DNA of 64,000 nucleotides from Candidatus Bathyarchaeota archaeon (GCA_963806535.1 CAWDYC010000004.1:512001-576000); one strand, 5' to 3'; positions 44,633-54,801 are shown, counted from the first letter of the stretch. A program made the numbers and translations. The notes: generated from the sequence alone by a model not told the origin.

Positions 44633-44778
44633 CTTACATCATTAGAAACATGTAAACGGGCGAGGTGGCTTTTGAGCATTTTTGAGAACCAAAATGCACT
44701 GATTTGCAAAGTGGAGCGGGCTAACGGACCCGCCAATATTTTATCGCCCACTTCAACAGAAATTCAGAGCGGAAAACC

Positions 44779-45069
44779 TTACTCTTCGCATTTTGGACCT
44801 TTGTGAGCTTTAAGCACGATAGAGCTTACGGTGCTTTTAACGCCTTTTATTTTCATGATCTTGTTCTTGAGGATATCTCGAAATTCTTCTATGTCAGCGG
44901 CTGACACTAAAGTTACGATGTCAAATTCGCCGGTAACTTCGTAAAGTTCTTCGAGGTGTTCTAATTGGGTAAGCGCGGTTAAGACGTTGTCCATTTCTTG
45001 AGATTCTACAAATATATCTACGAATGCTAGTAGTTTTGGCATATTGGTCGTCTTTTTCTCATTGAACAT
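44779..45069 (-). CDS. stand-alone Lrp/AsnC RAM domain protein
   Basis: AFVDIFVE...LEELYEVTGEFDIV...KGVKSTVSSIVL; close paralog of 44041-44304. Confidence 0.85.
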   Translation of the reverse strand: MFNEKKTTNMPKLLAFVDIFVESQEMDNVLTALTQLEHLEELYEVTGEFDIVTLVSAADIEEFRDILKNKIMKIKGVKSTVSSIVLKAHKGPKCEE

Positions 45070-45217
45070 GAATTGCGCATATTTATACTTTTCCTACATA
45101 TACGCAGAGTATTTTAATAACTAACTCTACAAACGTACAGAAATAAAACTAATTACTGGAAAAACAGTAAAATAGCTAGAGCTATTGCCGCAATACACAT
45201 CTAACCGAACTATAGCT

Positions 45218-45684
45218 TTAGCTAGTAAAATTACCGTAGATGGAAGGATAATCTTTAATGAGCAGCAAATTGACTCTCAAGACGTTAATGTATGGGCTGC
45301 CAAAAACCCAAAAGGTCCCCTCTTGATTCTGATTAACAATAGTCCGTTAACGAGTCAACGGATATGCCGGTTGCGTTACTTATTCCTGGAATCTGCGAAT
45401 AAGCATCTTGCAGAGTAATGTCTGGGTCAACGCCTGATGCAGAAGGCGACTGCGGTCTCGTTTCTTGTATGGAAGAAAATGGGCAAAGTAAAGCTTTGAG
45501 CTATAAGGTTTGATCCGACTGTTTGCCCGTTAAGTTGGACAAGGTCGCCGTTTGCTTGGTTAGGAAAGAAAACTTGGCCAATACCTGTGATTAGGAACGG
45601 GTAAAATAACCCGCAGATTAACAGCGAAACCAGTGCTAATCCTATAATCGGTTTGAAGTTCCATTTTTCTTTTTGTTCAGTCAT
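45218..45684 (-). CDS. kdpC: K+-transporting ATPase subunit C (frameshifted)
   Basis: GLFYPFLITGIGQVFFPNQANG, GSNLIAQSF, SASGVDPDIT, YINVLRVN. Confidence 0.88.
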
Positions 45685-45695
45685 ACATTTTCCTC

Positions 45696-47879
45696 CTAAA
45701 TGTGAAATACTCCTACAAGGAGCATGTCTATTAGTTTGATTCCGATAAAGGGCACGATAACTCCGCCTACACCGTAAATTAAGGTGTTCTTGAGGAAAAG
45801 CGTCATTGTGCTGGTAGGTTTGAAGGCGATGCCACGCATAGCGAGCGGAATCAGAAGCGGAATGATTATCGCGTTAAAGATGAGAGCTGACAACACAGCA
45901 CTCTTAAGACCCAATTGTAAGATGTTGAGACTGCTCAGCTGTGGAAGGGCAACTGCAAAGATAACTGGCATGATTGCAAAGTATTTTGATATATCGTTGG
46001 CGATGCTGAAAGCTGTAACTGCGCCTCTCGTCATAAGCAGTTGCTTGCCCAACATAACAACGTCAATTATTTTTGCTGGGTTTGATTCCAAATCCACCAT
46101 GTTGGCGGCTTCTTTTGCTGCTTCAGTGCCAGAGTTCATTGCTAAACCAACATCTGCAGCGGAAAGTGCTGGCGCATCGTTGGTTCCGTCGCCGATCATG
46201 GCTACGATTCTGTTTTCAGCCTGTTCTCTCTTAGCTATCTTGTATTTGTCTTCAGGTTTAGCCTGAGCAACGTACTCGTCAATTCCAACCTCGGAAGCTA
46301 TACTTTTTGCAGTAAGCGGCTGGTCTCCTGTAATCATGACAGGACGGATTCCCATGACCTTAAGCGCTTGAATCTTTTCCTTTATGCCTACTTTGAGGAC
46401 ATCTTTCAGTCTAATGATTCCGATGGCTTTGCCATTTACTGAGATGGCTATCGGAGTTTCTCCCGCTGAAGAAATGCCTTCAACTATTAGGTCATAGTTT
46501 TGGGGAACCGAAGATGACAATTGTTTGATTGACTCCGGAGCACCCTTTGAGAACATCGATCTGAGGTTCAAAAGGTGAAGCCATCGATTCATCCAGAGAC
46601 TGAGGAAGTTTTTCTCCTCATTCTCTGCCTTTGGAAAATGACTTTGCCTCCTTTTGGAAGCGTCAAATTTGATTGAGTAGTTACCTTAACTCCGCTTGTT
46701 CGAGTACTAGCAGAGAATGGAAAAACTTCTGAAGTTGCAAGGGAGTTTAGTTCTTTTGGTACGAACCCTTTTTCGTAGGCAAGTCTTAGTATGCTTCGTC
46801 CTTCAGGGGTATCATCATGCCAAGAGGATAAGAATGCCGCTTCGCCGACGTCTTCTTCTGTATATGGTTCAAACGCTATGAACTCTATGGCTTGACGGTT
46901 GCCAACGGTAATTGTGCCTGTCTTATCTAAGAGAACAACATCAGTGTCTCCTGCAGTTTCTATTGCTCTGACCTGATTTTGCTACGATTTTGTTTTTGTA
47001 GAGTCGAGTTATGCCTGAGAGGCCGATGGCAGGTAGCAAGGCACCTATGGTTGTGGGAAGAAGGCAAACGTATAATGCGATCAGCACTGAGAGGTCTGCT
47101 CCAAGGCCAAGCGTCACTGATGTGCCCAGCAATGCAAGTATGATTATGGTGAATATGGCGGTTAAGCCAATCAGCACCATGGTTATGGCTACTTCGTTTG
47201 GAGTCTTTGGTCGCTTGGAGGATTCCACCATCTTTATCATTTGGTCGATGAAGGTTTCGCCTGGGTTAGTTGTAATCTTCGCTGTTAAGGTGTCGCTGGC
47301 AAGACGTGAGCCGCCGATCAGGGAGTCTCCAGGTGCCTTCCTGACTGGAGCTGATTCACCTGTGACAAGGGACTCGTCAACCATTGCAATTCCCTCGATT
47401 ACGTCTGCGTCTAAGGGGACAATGTCGCCTGCTTCAATGAGGACAAGGTCATCTTTTCTAAGTTCAGTTGATTTCACAGTCACTATCTTTCTGGTCCAGC
47501 CTTCGGTGATGATTTTCTTGCTTTCCACTTCTTTTTCCATTTTCCTGAGGCTTCCAGCAGTGCTTTTTGCTTGTTGCTCAGCAAGTGCATCTGAAAGTGT
47601 GCTAAACCAGACTGTGACGATGAGGATGATAGCGACTTCAATGTAGAAAACTTGTAAGCTGGGGCTAGCCACTGGGACGAATGCTTGTGGAGCTATAGCC
47701 ATCGCGGCTACGATGAAGAAGGTAAGTTCAACGATCAGCATTACTGGGTTTTTTAGTAGCGATTTGGGATTTAGACGGACCACTGAGTCAACTAGCACTT
47801 TTCTTGAGAAAACCGTGCGAAATCCAGTGGGCGCCGATTCTTTGCTAGTTTCTGAATTTACTAGTTTTTCGTTGATCAA
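45696..47879 (-). CDS. kdpB: K+-transporting P-type ATPase subunit B (frameshifted)
   Basis: [27 protein letters not shown] (manual, ~46915), [26 protein letters not shown]. Confidence 0.95.
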
Positions 47880-49537
47880 AAGCCATTCACCAACCCTTTA
47901 AAGAATGATGCTATTGGTCCGATTGCTAAGAATGGGAAGAATGTTAAAACTACCAGTATTATGATGGCAGCAATCAAGACTATCGTGAATATTAATGTGT
48001 CAGTTTTTAGACCCGAAGTTGTTCCGCCGCGTTTTCGACCAATCATTGAACCTGAAAGCGCCAATAATATTGCTATGGGAGCGTAACGTCCAATAAGAAT
48101 CACAATGGCGGTTGCTATGTTGAAGAACGGCGTGTTTCCTGAGGCACCTAAGAAGTCAGAGCCGTTGTTCGCGGCTGAGCTGGTAAATTCCCAGAGAATC
48201 TGCGTGTAACCAACAGAGTTTCCACCCACGCCTATCGCCGAGACTGCACCTGACGCGTATGCTACTACAGTAGGAATAAGTATTATGAGTGGATGAATGA
48301 GAAACGCAACCATTACAAGTTTAACGTCGCGCCCTGTGATTTTCATTCCTAAATATTCAGGGGTTCTTCCCGACATTAGTCCAACGATGAAGACTGTTAT
48401 TATTATGTACATAATCATGTACATCATGCCTACTCCTTTGCCGCCTGGGATTGACTGAATGAACATTCCCAAGAATCCAGAAAGAATTGCAAGAGGATGG
48501 TTTCCCAGCAAACCCGAGTTCACCGAGCCTGTTGTTGCAACTGTTGTTGTCACAGTATAGAAACTGCTCATGAAGCCGCCGAATCTGACTTCTATGCCTG
48601 GAGCTATCAAGGGCAGAGCAGGAATAAACGCAATTACTAGATTAATTCCAAAGAGAATATATGCACCCCATAAAAGCGGTCTTGACTCACTTTTTTTGCC
48701 AATCATTTGTCCAAACACAAAGATTAACGCGGTAGGAATCAGAAGCATCAGCGAAATCATAAGAGATGTTAGTGATTGGCGAAGGATTCATGAATGGGTA
48801 AGCAGCGTTTGCGCCGTAATATCCGCCGCCGTTGGTGCCTATTTGCATTATAGCGTCAAGAGAAGCTACTGGTCCAACTAGAATTGTTTGCGCAGCGCCT
48901 TCTATGGTTTTTACTGTTGTGTAGCCATTGAGTGTTTGAGGTACCCCTAAGGCAAGAAATATGATTGAGGCAATTATGCAAAGTGGCAAGAAAATTCTCG
49001 TGAGTGCTCGAGTAAAGTCAACATAGAAGTTGCCCATGTCTTTTGAGCCAACGACTAATCCTCGTATAAATGCGATGCCCATGCATAGTCCTGTTATTGC
49101 CGAGGTAAATTGAAGCCATTGTATAACACCGATTTGACTAAGATATGAAAGAGTGATTTCGCCATTATAATGTTGTAGGTTTGTGTTTGTCACAAACGAA
49201 GCTACGGTATTAAAAGCGAGGTCTGGTTTGACGCCAGCAGAAACCCATTGGATTAAGCGGCAAATTGTCTTGGAAAATCAAGTATAAAAAAGCCGATAAC
49301 CATCATTACAATGTTTAGCAACAATCCAGCGAGAAAGTACTGCTTCCAACCCATCGTCTGTTCTGAGTTTACGCCTGTGATTTTGTAGATGAATTTCTCG
49401 ATTGGATTAAATATTTTGTCTAAACGGCTTGGTTTACGCTTAAAGACTCCAGTAATATATGGTGCTATTAGCCAAGCTAAGAGTACGGTTACTCCAAGTA
49501 TAATGATGACTGATAGCGCCTGAACTGCATCGATCAA
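47876..49537 (-). CDS. kdpA: K+-transporting ATPase subunit A (frameshifted)
   Basis: TNTNLQHY.GE, GNFYVD, GPVAS..AI..IGTNGGG, TGSVN, GRTPEYLG.KI, SSAANNGS. Confidence 0.95.
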
Positions 49538-49579
49538 TTATTCCGAGACTCCTAAAGACATTTGTGCTCACTATTGCTC

Positions 49580-49876
49580 CTACCCCAATTTAGTGGCTGA
49601 TTTAATACTGGTTTTTTCTAGGCACCTGCGTCCTTTACATGTGTGCAATATTATAGTGGTTATGGTGCTTTTTACACCCTTTATTTTCATGATTTGCTTT
49701 TGCAAAATATCGCGGAATTCTTCAATTGTGGACGTAGAAATTAGGGTGACGATGTCATATTCGCCTGCGACTTCGTAGACTTCTTCGATGTCCTTAAGCT
49801 TTGAAAGGGCCGCCAATACATTAGCTTTTTGTTTCGATTCAACGAAAATGTTAACTGAGGCTAAAAATCTCTGCAT
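49580..49876 (-). CDS. stand-alone Lrp/AsnC RAM domain protein, first gene before kdpA
   Basis: ASVNIFVE...IEEVYEVAGEYDIV...IMKIKGVKST. Confidence 0.85.
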   Translation of the reverse strand: MQRFLASVNIFVESKQKANVLAALSKLKDIEEVYEVAGEYDIVTLISTSTIEEFRDILQKQIMKIKGVKSTITTIILHTCKGRRCLEKTSIKSATKLG

Positions 49877-50012
49877 TTTACGCTCTCTCCACCGTAAATG
49901 TGAACTTGGAATTGTTAATTGGCAAGTAGCTTACATTACAATCAGCCAACAAAATACAATGCATACAAACGACATACAACTTTATCATAATTATCTGAAG
50001 TCCAAAAGCTCT

Positions 50013-50034
50013 AAGGAACCTCTTCTGGTTCCTT
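50013..50034. promoter_or_regulatory. perfect 8-bp inverted repeat in the kdp leader region
   Basis: AAGGAACC-TCTTCT-GGTTCCTT; function unknown. Confidence 0.4.
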
Positions 50035-50191
50035 TCTCATGTTGTCAAAGAAGGCAAGATTACAGATTCCTCTGTTTTCGCTTCGGGAAACAATACTTTC
50101 TAGATATTGCAATTATTGGTCGCCTTTCTCCCTTTTGACTTAGTCATATCGGCGCTTTTATATAAGGTTAATTGTGAATGGTTGTGATTTG

Positions 50192-50208
50192 TTCACATAT
50201 TTTAGTAA
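50192..50208. promoter_or_regulatory. degenerate copy of the glnA/permease palindromic site
   Basis: GTTGTGATTTG-TTCACAT-ATT-TTAGTAA-TTTCTGGACT; flanks match the 54589 and 56487 sites. Confidence 0.45.
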
Positions 50209-50309
50209 TTTCTGGACTATTTTGCAGAAAAATTTAGAATAACTGAAAACGCATTCTTTTTCTAAGTGTTTGCAGACTCTCGAAGTAAGAGGGTGAGTAA
50301 AAAGAAAAG

Positions 50310-51983
50310 TTATTGTTTATTGTTTTCGTTCAATGTTTGCTTGTGTATTTTGACGGATCTGCCTGATGGATCAGCCATTTTGGCAAATTCTTTGCTCCAT
50401 CTAAAAGCTGTTGGAGTGGAACAGGCAATTGTTGGACCAACAGGAACAGTTAATGCGGCAGTAGGACATGTGAAGTAGTTGTCAAATATCTGCCTATAGT
50501 AATACTCCTCTTTTGACGATGGAGTCTGCACTGGGAACTTACTTTTTGTTTTCTTCATCATTTCATCGGTGACTGCGCTTTCGACGTATTTTTTGAGGTA
50601 ATCTATCCATCCGTAACCAACACCGTCAGAGAACTGCTCTTTTTGTCTCCAAAGAATCTCGTCAGGAATATAACCTTCAAACGCTTTTCGCAGCACGTAC
50701 TTTTCGATTTTGTCACCTGAGCACATCTTCTCTTGAGGATCAAAGCCCATGGCAAAGTCCAAAAACTCCTTATCCAAAAACGGCACTCGGGTTTCAACGC
50801 CCCAAGCGGCAGTTGCTTTGTTTGCTCTCAGGCAATCGTATTTGCTTAGCATGAATAGTTTTCTTACGGTTTCTTGGTAAAATTCCTGTTTATTTGGTGC
50901 TTTGTGGAAATACAAGTAGCCGCCAAACACTTCGTCTGCCCCCTCGCCTGATAACACCATTTTGATGCCCATTGACTTTATTTTTCTAGCCATCAAATAC
51001 ATGGGAGTAGCGGCTCGAACTGTTGTGATGTCAAATGTTTCTAAATGGTAAATGACGTCTTGTATGGCGTCGAAGCCTTCTTGTATGGTGAATATTATCT
51101 CATGATGAACGGTTCCGATGTGATCGGCAACTTTTTTGGCGTATTTTAAATCAGGCGAATCCACTAAACCTACAGCGAAAGAGTGTAAACGGGGCCACCA
51201 CGCTTCTTCTTTGTCGCCGGATTCCACCCTTTTTTTCCTGTATTTGGAAGCTATTGCCGCTATTAAGGAAGAATCCAAGCCGCCTGAGATAAGAACTCCG
51301 TAGGGAACATCTGACATCATTTGACCTTTAACGGATTTCTCTAATGCTTTTTTTAAGTCGGAAAGTATAAGTTTTTTAGTTGGAATTTTTTCTGCCCACT
51401 CAGGTTTATACCATTTAATAAAATCTTTTCCATTGCTCCCAAGATAGTGTCCTGGGGGAAATTCTTTGACATCTGTGCAATGGTCGTTTAGGGCTTTCAT
51501 TTCGCTTGCTACGTAAAATGTTCCTTTTTCATCCCAACCCACATAAAGTGGAATAATGCCGATGTGGTCTCTGGCAATGAAATACTGCGCTTTTTTCTTA
51601 TTGTAAAGGATGAAGGCAAACATGCCGTTTAACATATTTAAGAAGTCTGGACCGTACTCGTCGTAAAGATACAGAATTACTTCGCAGTCCGACTTTGTCT
51701 GCCATAAATGCTCGTTTTTAAGTTCTTTTCGCAGAAGTAGGTGGTTGTAGATTTCTCCGTTTACGGCAAGGACGTTGCCATTGAGCTTGTCAAACAGGGG
51801 TTGTGCACCATGCTCAACATCAACGATGGAGAGTCTTTCATGGGCAAGAATTGCTTTATCGTCACTGTAAATTCCGCTCCAATCGGGACCTCTGTGCCTT
51901 ACTTTGCAAGCCATCTTGAGTGCTTTGTCCCGTGCTTTGGGTACTGGTTCAACTATGTTGAAAATTCCAACTATTCCACACAT
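50310..51983 (-). CDS. asnB: asparagine synthetase B (glutamine-hydrolysing)
   Basis: start MCGI (N-terminal Cys nucleophile), RHRGPDW, NGEIYNH, SGGLDSS, SGEGADEVFGGYLYFHKAP, WRQKEQFSDGVG. Confidence 0.95.
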   Translation of the reverse strand: MCGIVGIFNIVEPVPKARDKALKMACKVRHRGPDWSGIYSDDKAILAHERLSIVDVEHGAQPLFDKLNGNVLAVNGEIYNHLLLRKELKNEHLWQTKSDCEVILYLYDEYGPDFLNMLNGMFAFILYNKKKAQYFIARDHIGIIPLYVGWDEKGTFYVASEMKALNDHCTDVKEFPPGHYLGSNGKDFIKWYKPEWAEKIPTKKLILSDLKKALEKSVKGQMMSDVPYGVLISGGLDSSLIAAIASKYRKKRVESGDKEEAWWPRLHSFAVGLVDSPDLKYAKKVADHIGTVHHEIIFTIQEGFDAIQDVIYHLETFDITTVRAATPMYLMARKIKSMGIKMVLSGEGADEVFGGYLYFHKAPNKQEFYQETVRKLFMLSKYDCLRANKATAAWGVETRVPFLDKEFLDFAMGFDPQEKMCSGDKIEKYVLRKAFEGYIPDEILWRQKEQFSDGVGYGWIDYLKKYVESAVTDEMMKKTKSKFPVQTPSSKEEYYYRQIFDNYFTCPTAALTVPVGPTIACSTPTAFRWSKEFAKMADPSGRSVKIHKQTLNENNKQ

Positions 51984-52043
51984 AATTTGTTCATCCAAAT
52001 ATTAGGAAAATTCTATTTTAAGATAACCCTATAAAAAAGGGTT

Positions 52044-53024
52044 TTATATTGGGTAGTTTCCACATACTTTGCAGAAACCCAGTTTAGTTTCTAAGTAGCT
52101 TTTGCATTTTGGGCACTGTTTTCCTACTTCATCTTTGTATATGTCCGATGGTTTTCCTAGGTGTTTTCTGAAGAATTCATAGTAAAGCATTTGTTCTTTG
52201 GATGTAATGATAACCTCGTCTTGCTCTAAGACCTCTTTTACTCTCTCATCAAACGCTTTATCAGAAATTTCTTTGCCAAAATAATCTGTAAGAACTGTTG
52301 TGCCTGTTCCCTGTTCCAGAGGTGCTTTAGGACGCCAAATCACATCTTTCGGAATCAAGTCTTCATATGCTTTGCGAAGTACCCATTTGCTGTATTTTAC
52401 GCCGTTTTCTTCATTGATCTTTAGTTTGTTCGGCAGCTTCTTTGCGTAATCCATGAATAATGGGTCAAGGAAAGGAGGCTTAACTTCAACGCCTAATGCT
52501 TTGCCCATTGGAATTGAAGAAAACCCCATGTCATCCCACATATCGTTGAATTTCTTCGTGAGGTCAGCATCTGATAAACGCCACATCCAAGGATAACCGA
52601 ATAATTCATCTACCCCGTCTCCTGTGAAAACAGATTTCAATCCCTCTTTCTTTGCAATCGTCAAGCCAATATAGACTGAAACGCAGTTTCGTATTTCCAT
52701 AGGGTCAAAAATCTTGAGTATTTGCACTATTTTTTCGGCTGATGTAACTACGTCTTCACGGTCAAAAACATGAAATTGATGGTTAAGCCTCAGAAAGGCC
52801 ACCATTGTTTTCACGTATTCTGTATCTTTAGGTTGGCCATGCTTGAAAGACATGGTTAATGCCGGTAAGTTTCGCTTGTATTTGGCAGCGTGGTAGGCAA
52901 TTATGCTTGTATCGACTCCGGCGGAAAATAGAATTCCTTCTGCCATGTTTTTCTGGACAACTTTGTCTGTTAAAGCTCGTATTTCAGGTAGCAGTTTTTC
53001 GTATTCTGATTTTTCGGGTGACAT
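52044..53024 (-). CDS. asparagine-synthase C-terminal-domain-only protein with zinc ribbon
   Basis: FSAGVDTS PP-loop, TGDGVDELFGY, PFLD, KWVLRKA, WRPK; no glutaminase domain; C-terminal CPKC-x9-CKVC. Confidence 0.82.
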   Translation of the reverse strand: MSPEKSEYEKLLPEIRALTDKVVQKNMAEGILFSAGVDTSIIAYHAAKYKRNLPALTMSFKHGQPKDTEYVKTMVAFLRLNHQFHVFDREDVVTSAEKIVQILKIFDPMEIRNCVSVYIGLTIAKKEGLKSVFTGDGVDELFGYPWMWRLSDADLTKKFNDMWDDMGFSSIPMGKALGVEVKPPFLDPLFMDYAKKLPNKLKINEENGVKYSKWVLRKAYEDLIPKDVIWRPKAPLEQGTGTTVLTDYFGKEISDKAFDERVKEVLEQDEVIITSKEQMLYYEFFRKHLGKPSDIYKDEVGKQCPKCKSYLETKLGFCKVCGNYPI

Positions 53025-53052
53025 TTTTAGTCCGGCCTTTTGAGTTATTGGT

Positions 53053-54528
53053 TTAGTAGTCGAGGTATTTCATTATTTCCCATGGTGACACGTAGAGGCA
53101 GTACTGGTTCCAATCATTGGTTTTAAGGTCGACAAATGCATCGAAAATGTGGCTTCCAAGCGTTCGCTGTAGCACTTCATCGGTTTTGAGTTCATCTAAG
53201 GATTCTTTTAGCGTTGTAGGCAACTCTTTTATACCAAGCTCTTTGCGCTTTCTAGCAGAGAGTTTGTAAACGTCTTCGTCAACAGGGTCGCCAGGATCAA
53301 GTTTCTTCTTAACACCATCTAGCCCAGCTGCTAAAAGACACGCAAACGCCAGGTACGGGTTGGCTGATGGATCGGCACCTCGATATTCGACACGTTTTTG
53401 AGCGGCAAATTCTGGTCCTTTATAATACAGTGGTACGCGGACTAAAGCGGAGCGGTTGCGTCGAGACCATAGTACGTAGATTGGAGCTTCGAAACCAGGC
53501 ACTAACCGTTTGTAGGAGCTTACGGTTGGACAACAAACGGCTGTTAGAGCTCGGGCGTGTTCAAGTAATCCACCAATATAGTATCTGCCGATTTGGCTCA
53601 GTTCAGCGTAGTCGTCAGCTTCATCATACATGGCAGTTTTTCCACCTGACCAAATCGATTGATGAACATGCATGCCGCTGGCGTTGTCTAAATAGATCGG
53701 CTTAGGCATGAATGTAGCTATTAATCCGCGATTGTGAGCTATGTTCTTTGCAACGAATTTATAGTAAAGCGCTTTGTCTGCAGTTTCCACAAGTGGACCA
53801 TATTTGTAGTCAATTTCTACTTGACCGACTGTAGCTACTTCGTGGTGATGTTTCTCGATGGTTAAGCCAAAGTTGTCTTCTAGAACTTGGCAAACTTCGT
53901 TTCTGAATTCAACAGTAGTGTCTTCTGGTGGGGTTCGGTAGTATGCTTCTTTGGGTCGCATGACAAATCCGCCTGGAGTGATTTCTGGCGAGTTTGGTAC
54001 GACTCTCGGTGCTCCCCATGCGTCTCCTTCACCGCTTCTTGGGGCAGCCCAAAGATCCCACGTGAGTTTAGTTGGATCGATTGAAGTGAAGACGAAGAAT
54101 TCAAGTTCTGGAGCGAAGAATCCGCTGTAACCCATGGCTTTGGCTTCTGCGACGGCTCTTTTTGCAACGAAGCTTCTTGGATCAACAACAGAGGGTTCTT
54201 TGCCTCCGTAGGCTTCAAAGACATCACCGAGAATTATTGCGCTTTTTTGTTTTTCATCAGTTACCCATGGCATTATTGATAGTGTTTTTGGGTCAGGCAT
54301 GTAAATCATGTCTGATTCTTCGATGGATTTGAAGCCTCTAACAGATGAACCGTCAAAACCTATTCCTGCAGTGAATGCTTCGCTACTAAGATAATCTCTT
54401 GCTGGAAGAACCATATCTTGCAATATTCCTCTAATGTCAACGAAGGCAGAGTGCACCCACCTAATATTGTTGGTTTTAAGGAGCTCTGTGGCTTTACTTA
54501 TTGACTCTTTTTTTTCCATACAATTCAC
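53053..54528 (-). CDS. glnA: glutamine synthetase type I
   Basis: FDGSSV.GF..IEESDM, HHHEVA, ATFMPKP..DNASGMHVHQS, SYKRLVPGFEAP, NRSA.VRVP, RVEYR. Confidence 0.96.
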   Translation of the reverse strand: MNCMEKKESISKATELLKTNNIRWVHSAFVDIRGILQDMVLPARDYLSSEAFTAGIGFDGSSVRGFKSIEESDMIYMPDPKTLSIMPWVTDEKQKSAIILGDVFEAYGGKEPSVVDPRSFVAKRAVAEAKAMGYSGFFAPELEFFVFTSIDPTKLTWDLWAAPRSGEGDAWGAPRVVPNSPEITPGGFVMRPKEAYYRTPPEDTTVEFRNEVCQVLEDNFGLTIEKHHHEVATVGQVEIDYKYGPLVETADKALYYKFVAKNIAHNRGLIATFMPKPIYLDNASGMHVHQSIWSGGKTAMYDEADDYAELSQIGRYYIGGLLEHARALTAVCCPTVSSYKRLVPGFEAPIYVLWSRRNRSALVRVPLYYKGPEFAAQKRVEYRGADPSANPYLAFACLLAAGLDGVKKKLDPGDPVDEDVYKLSARKRKELGIKELPTTLKESLDELKTDEVLQRTLGSHIFDAFVDLKTNDWNQYCLYVSPWEIMKYLDY

Positions 54529-54588
54529 CTATTAATTGATTGTTTACCAAATTGAACCGTGATCAAATTTAAACGTAGTTGAGATTTG

Positions 54589-54605
54589 TTCATAAAATTT
54601 ATGAA
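54589..54605. promoter_or_regulatory. palindromic regulator site upstream of glnA
   Basis: TTCATAA-AAT-TTATGAA, ~15 bp upstream of a TTTAAATT TATA-like box on the minus strand. Confidence 0.65.
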
Positions 54606-54801
54606 AACATGAAAATTTTTTGAATAAAACAGGGACTAACTGAATATTTGGCTTGAATATGACAATAACTAGTAACATTTGATTTTTATATTTTTTAATT
54701 TGGGCACGTTTTGAATGAAATTGGACTAAAGAAAAAAAATAGAAAGAATTTTGGGGATGAAGCTAGCCAACTGTTGAACTAGCAGGGCGCGTATCAAACC
54801 T

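Noticed and set aside
45784-47646. Long antisense ORFs (160 and 211 aa) and similar shadow ORFs across the window
   Set aside because: They lie opposite well-supported genes such as kdpB and reflect codon bias.
49879-50147. Short minus-strand ORFs as kdpF
   Set aside because: None shows the KdpF single-TM pattern ending YL.YAL..PE.F.
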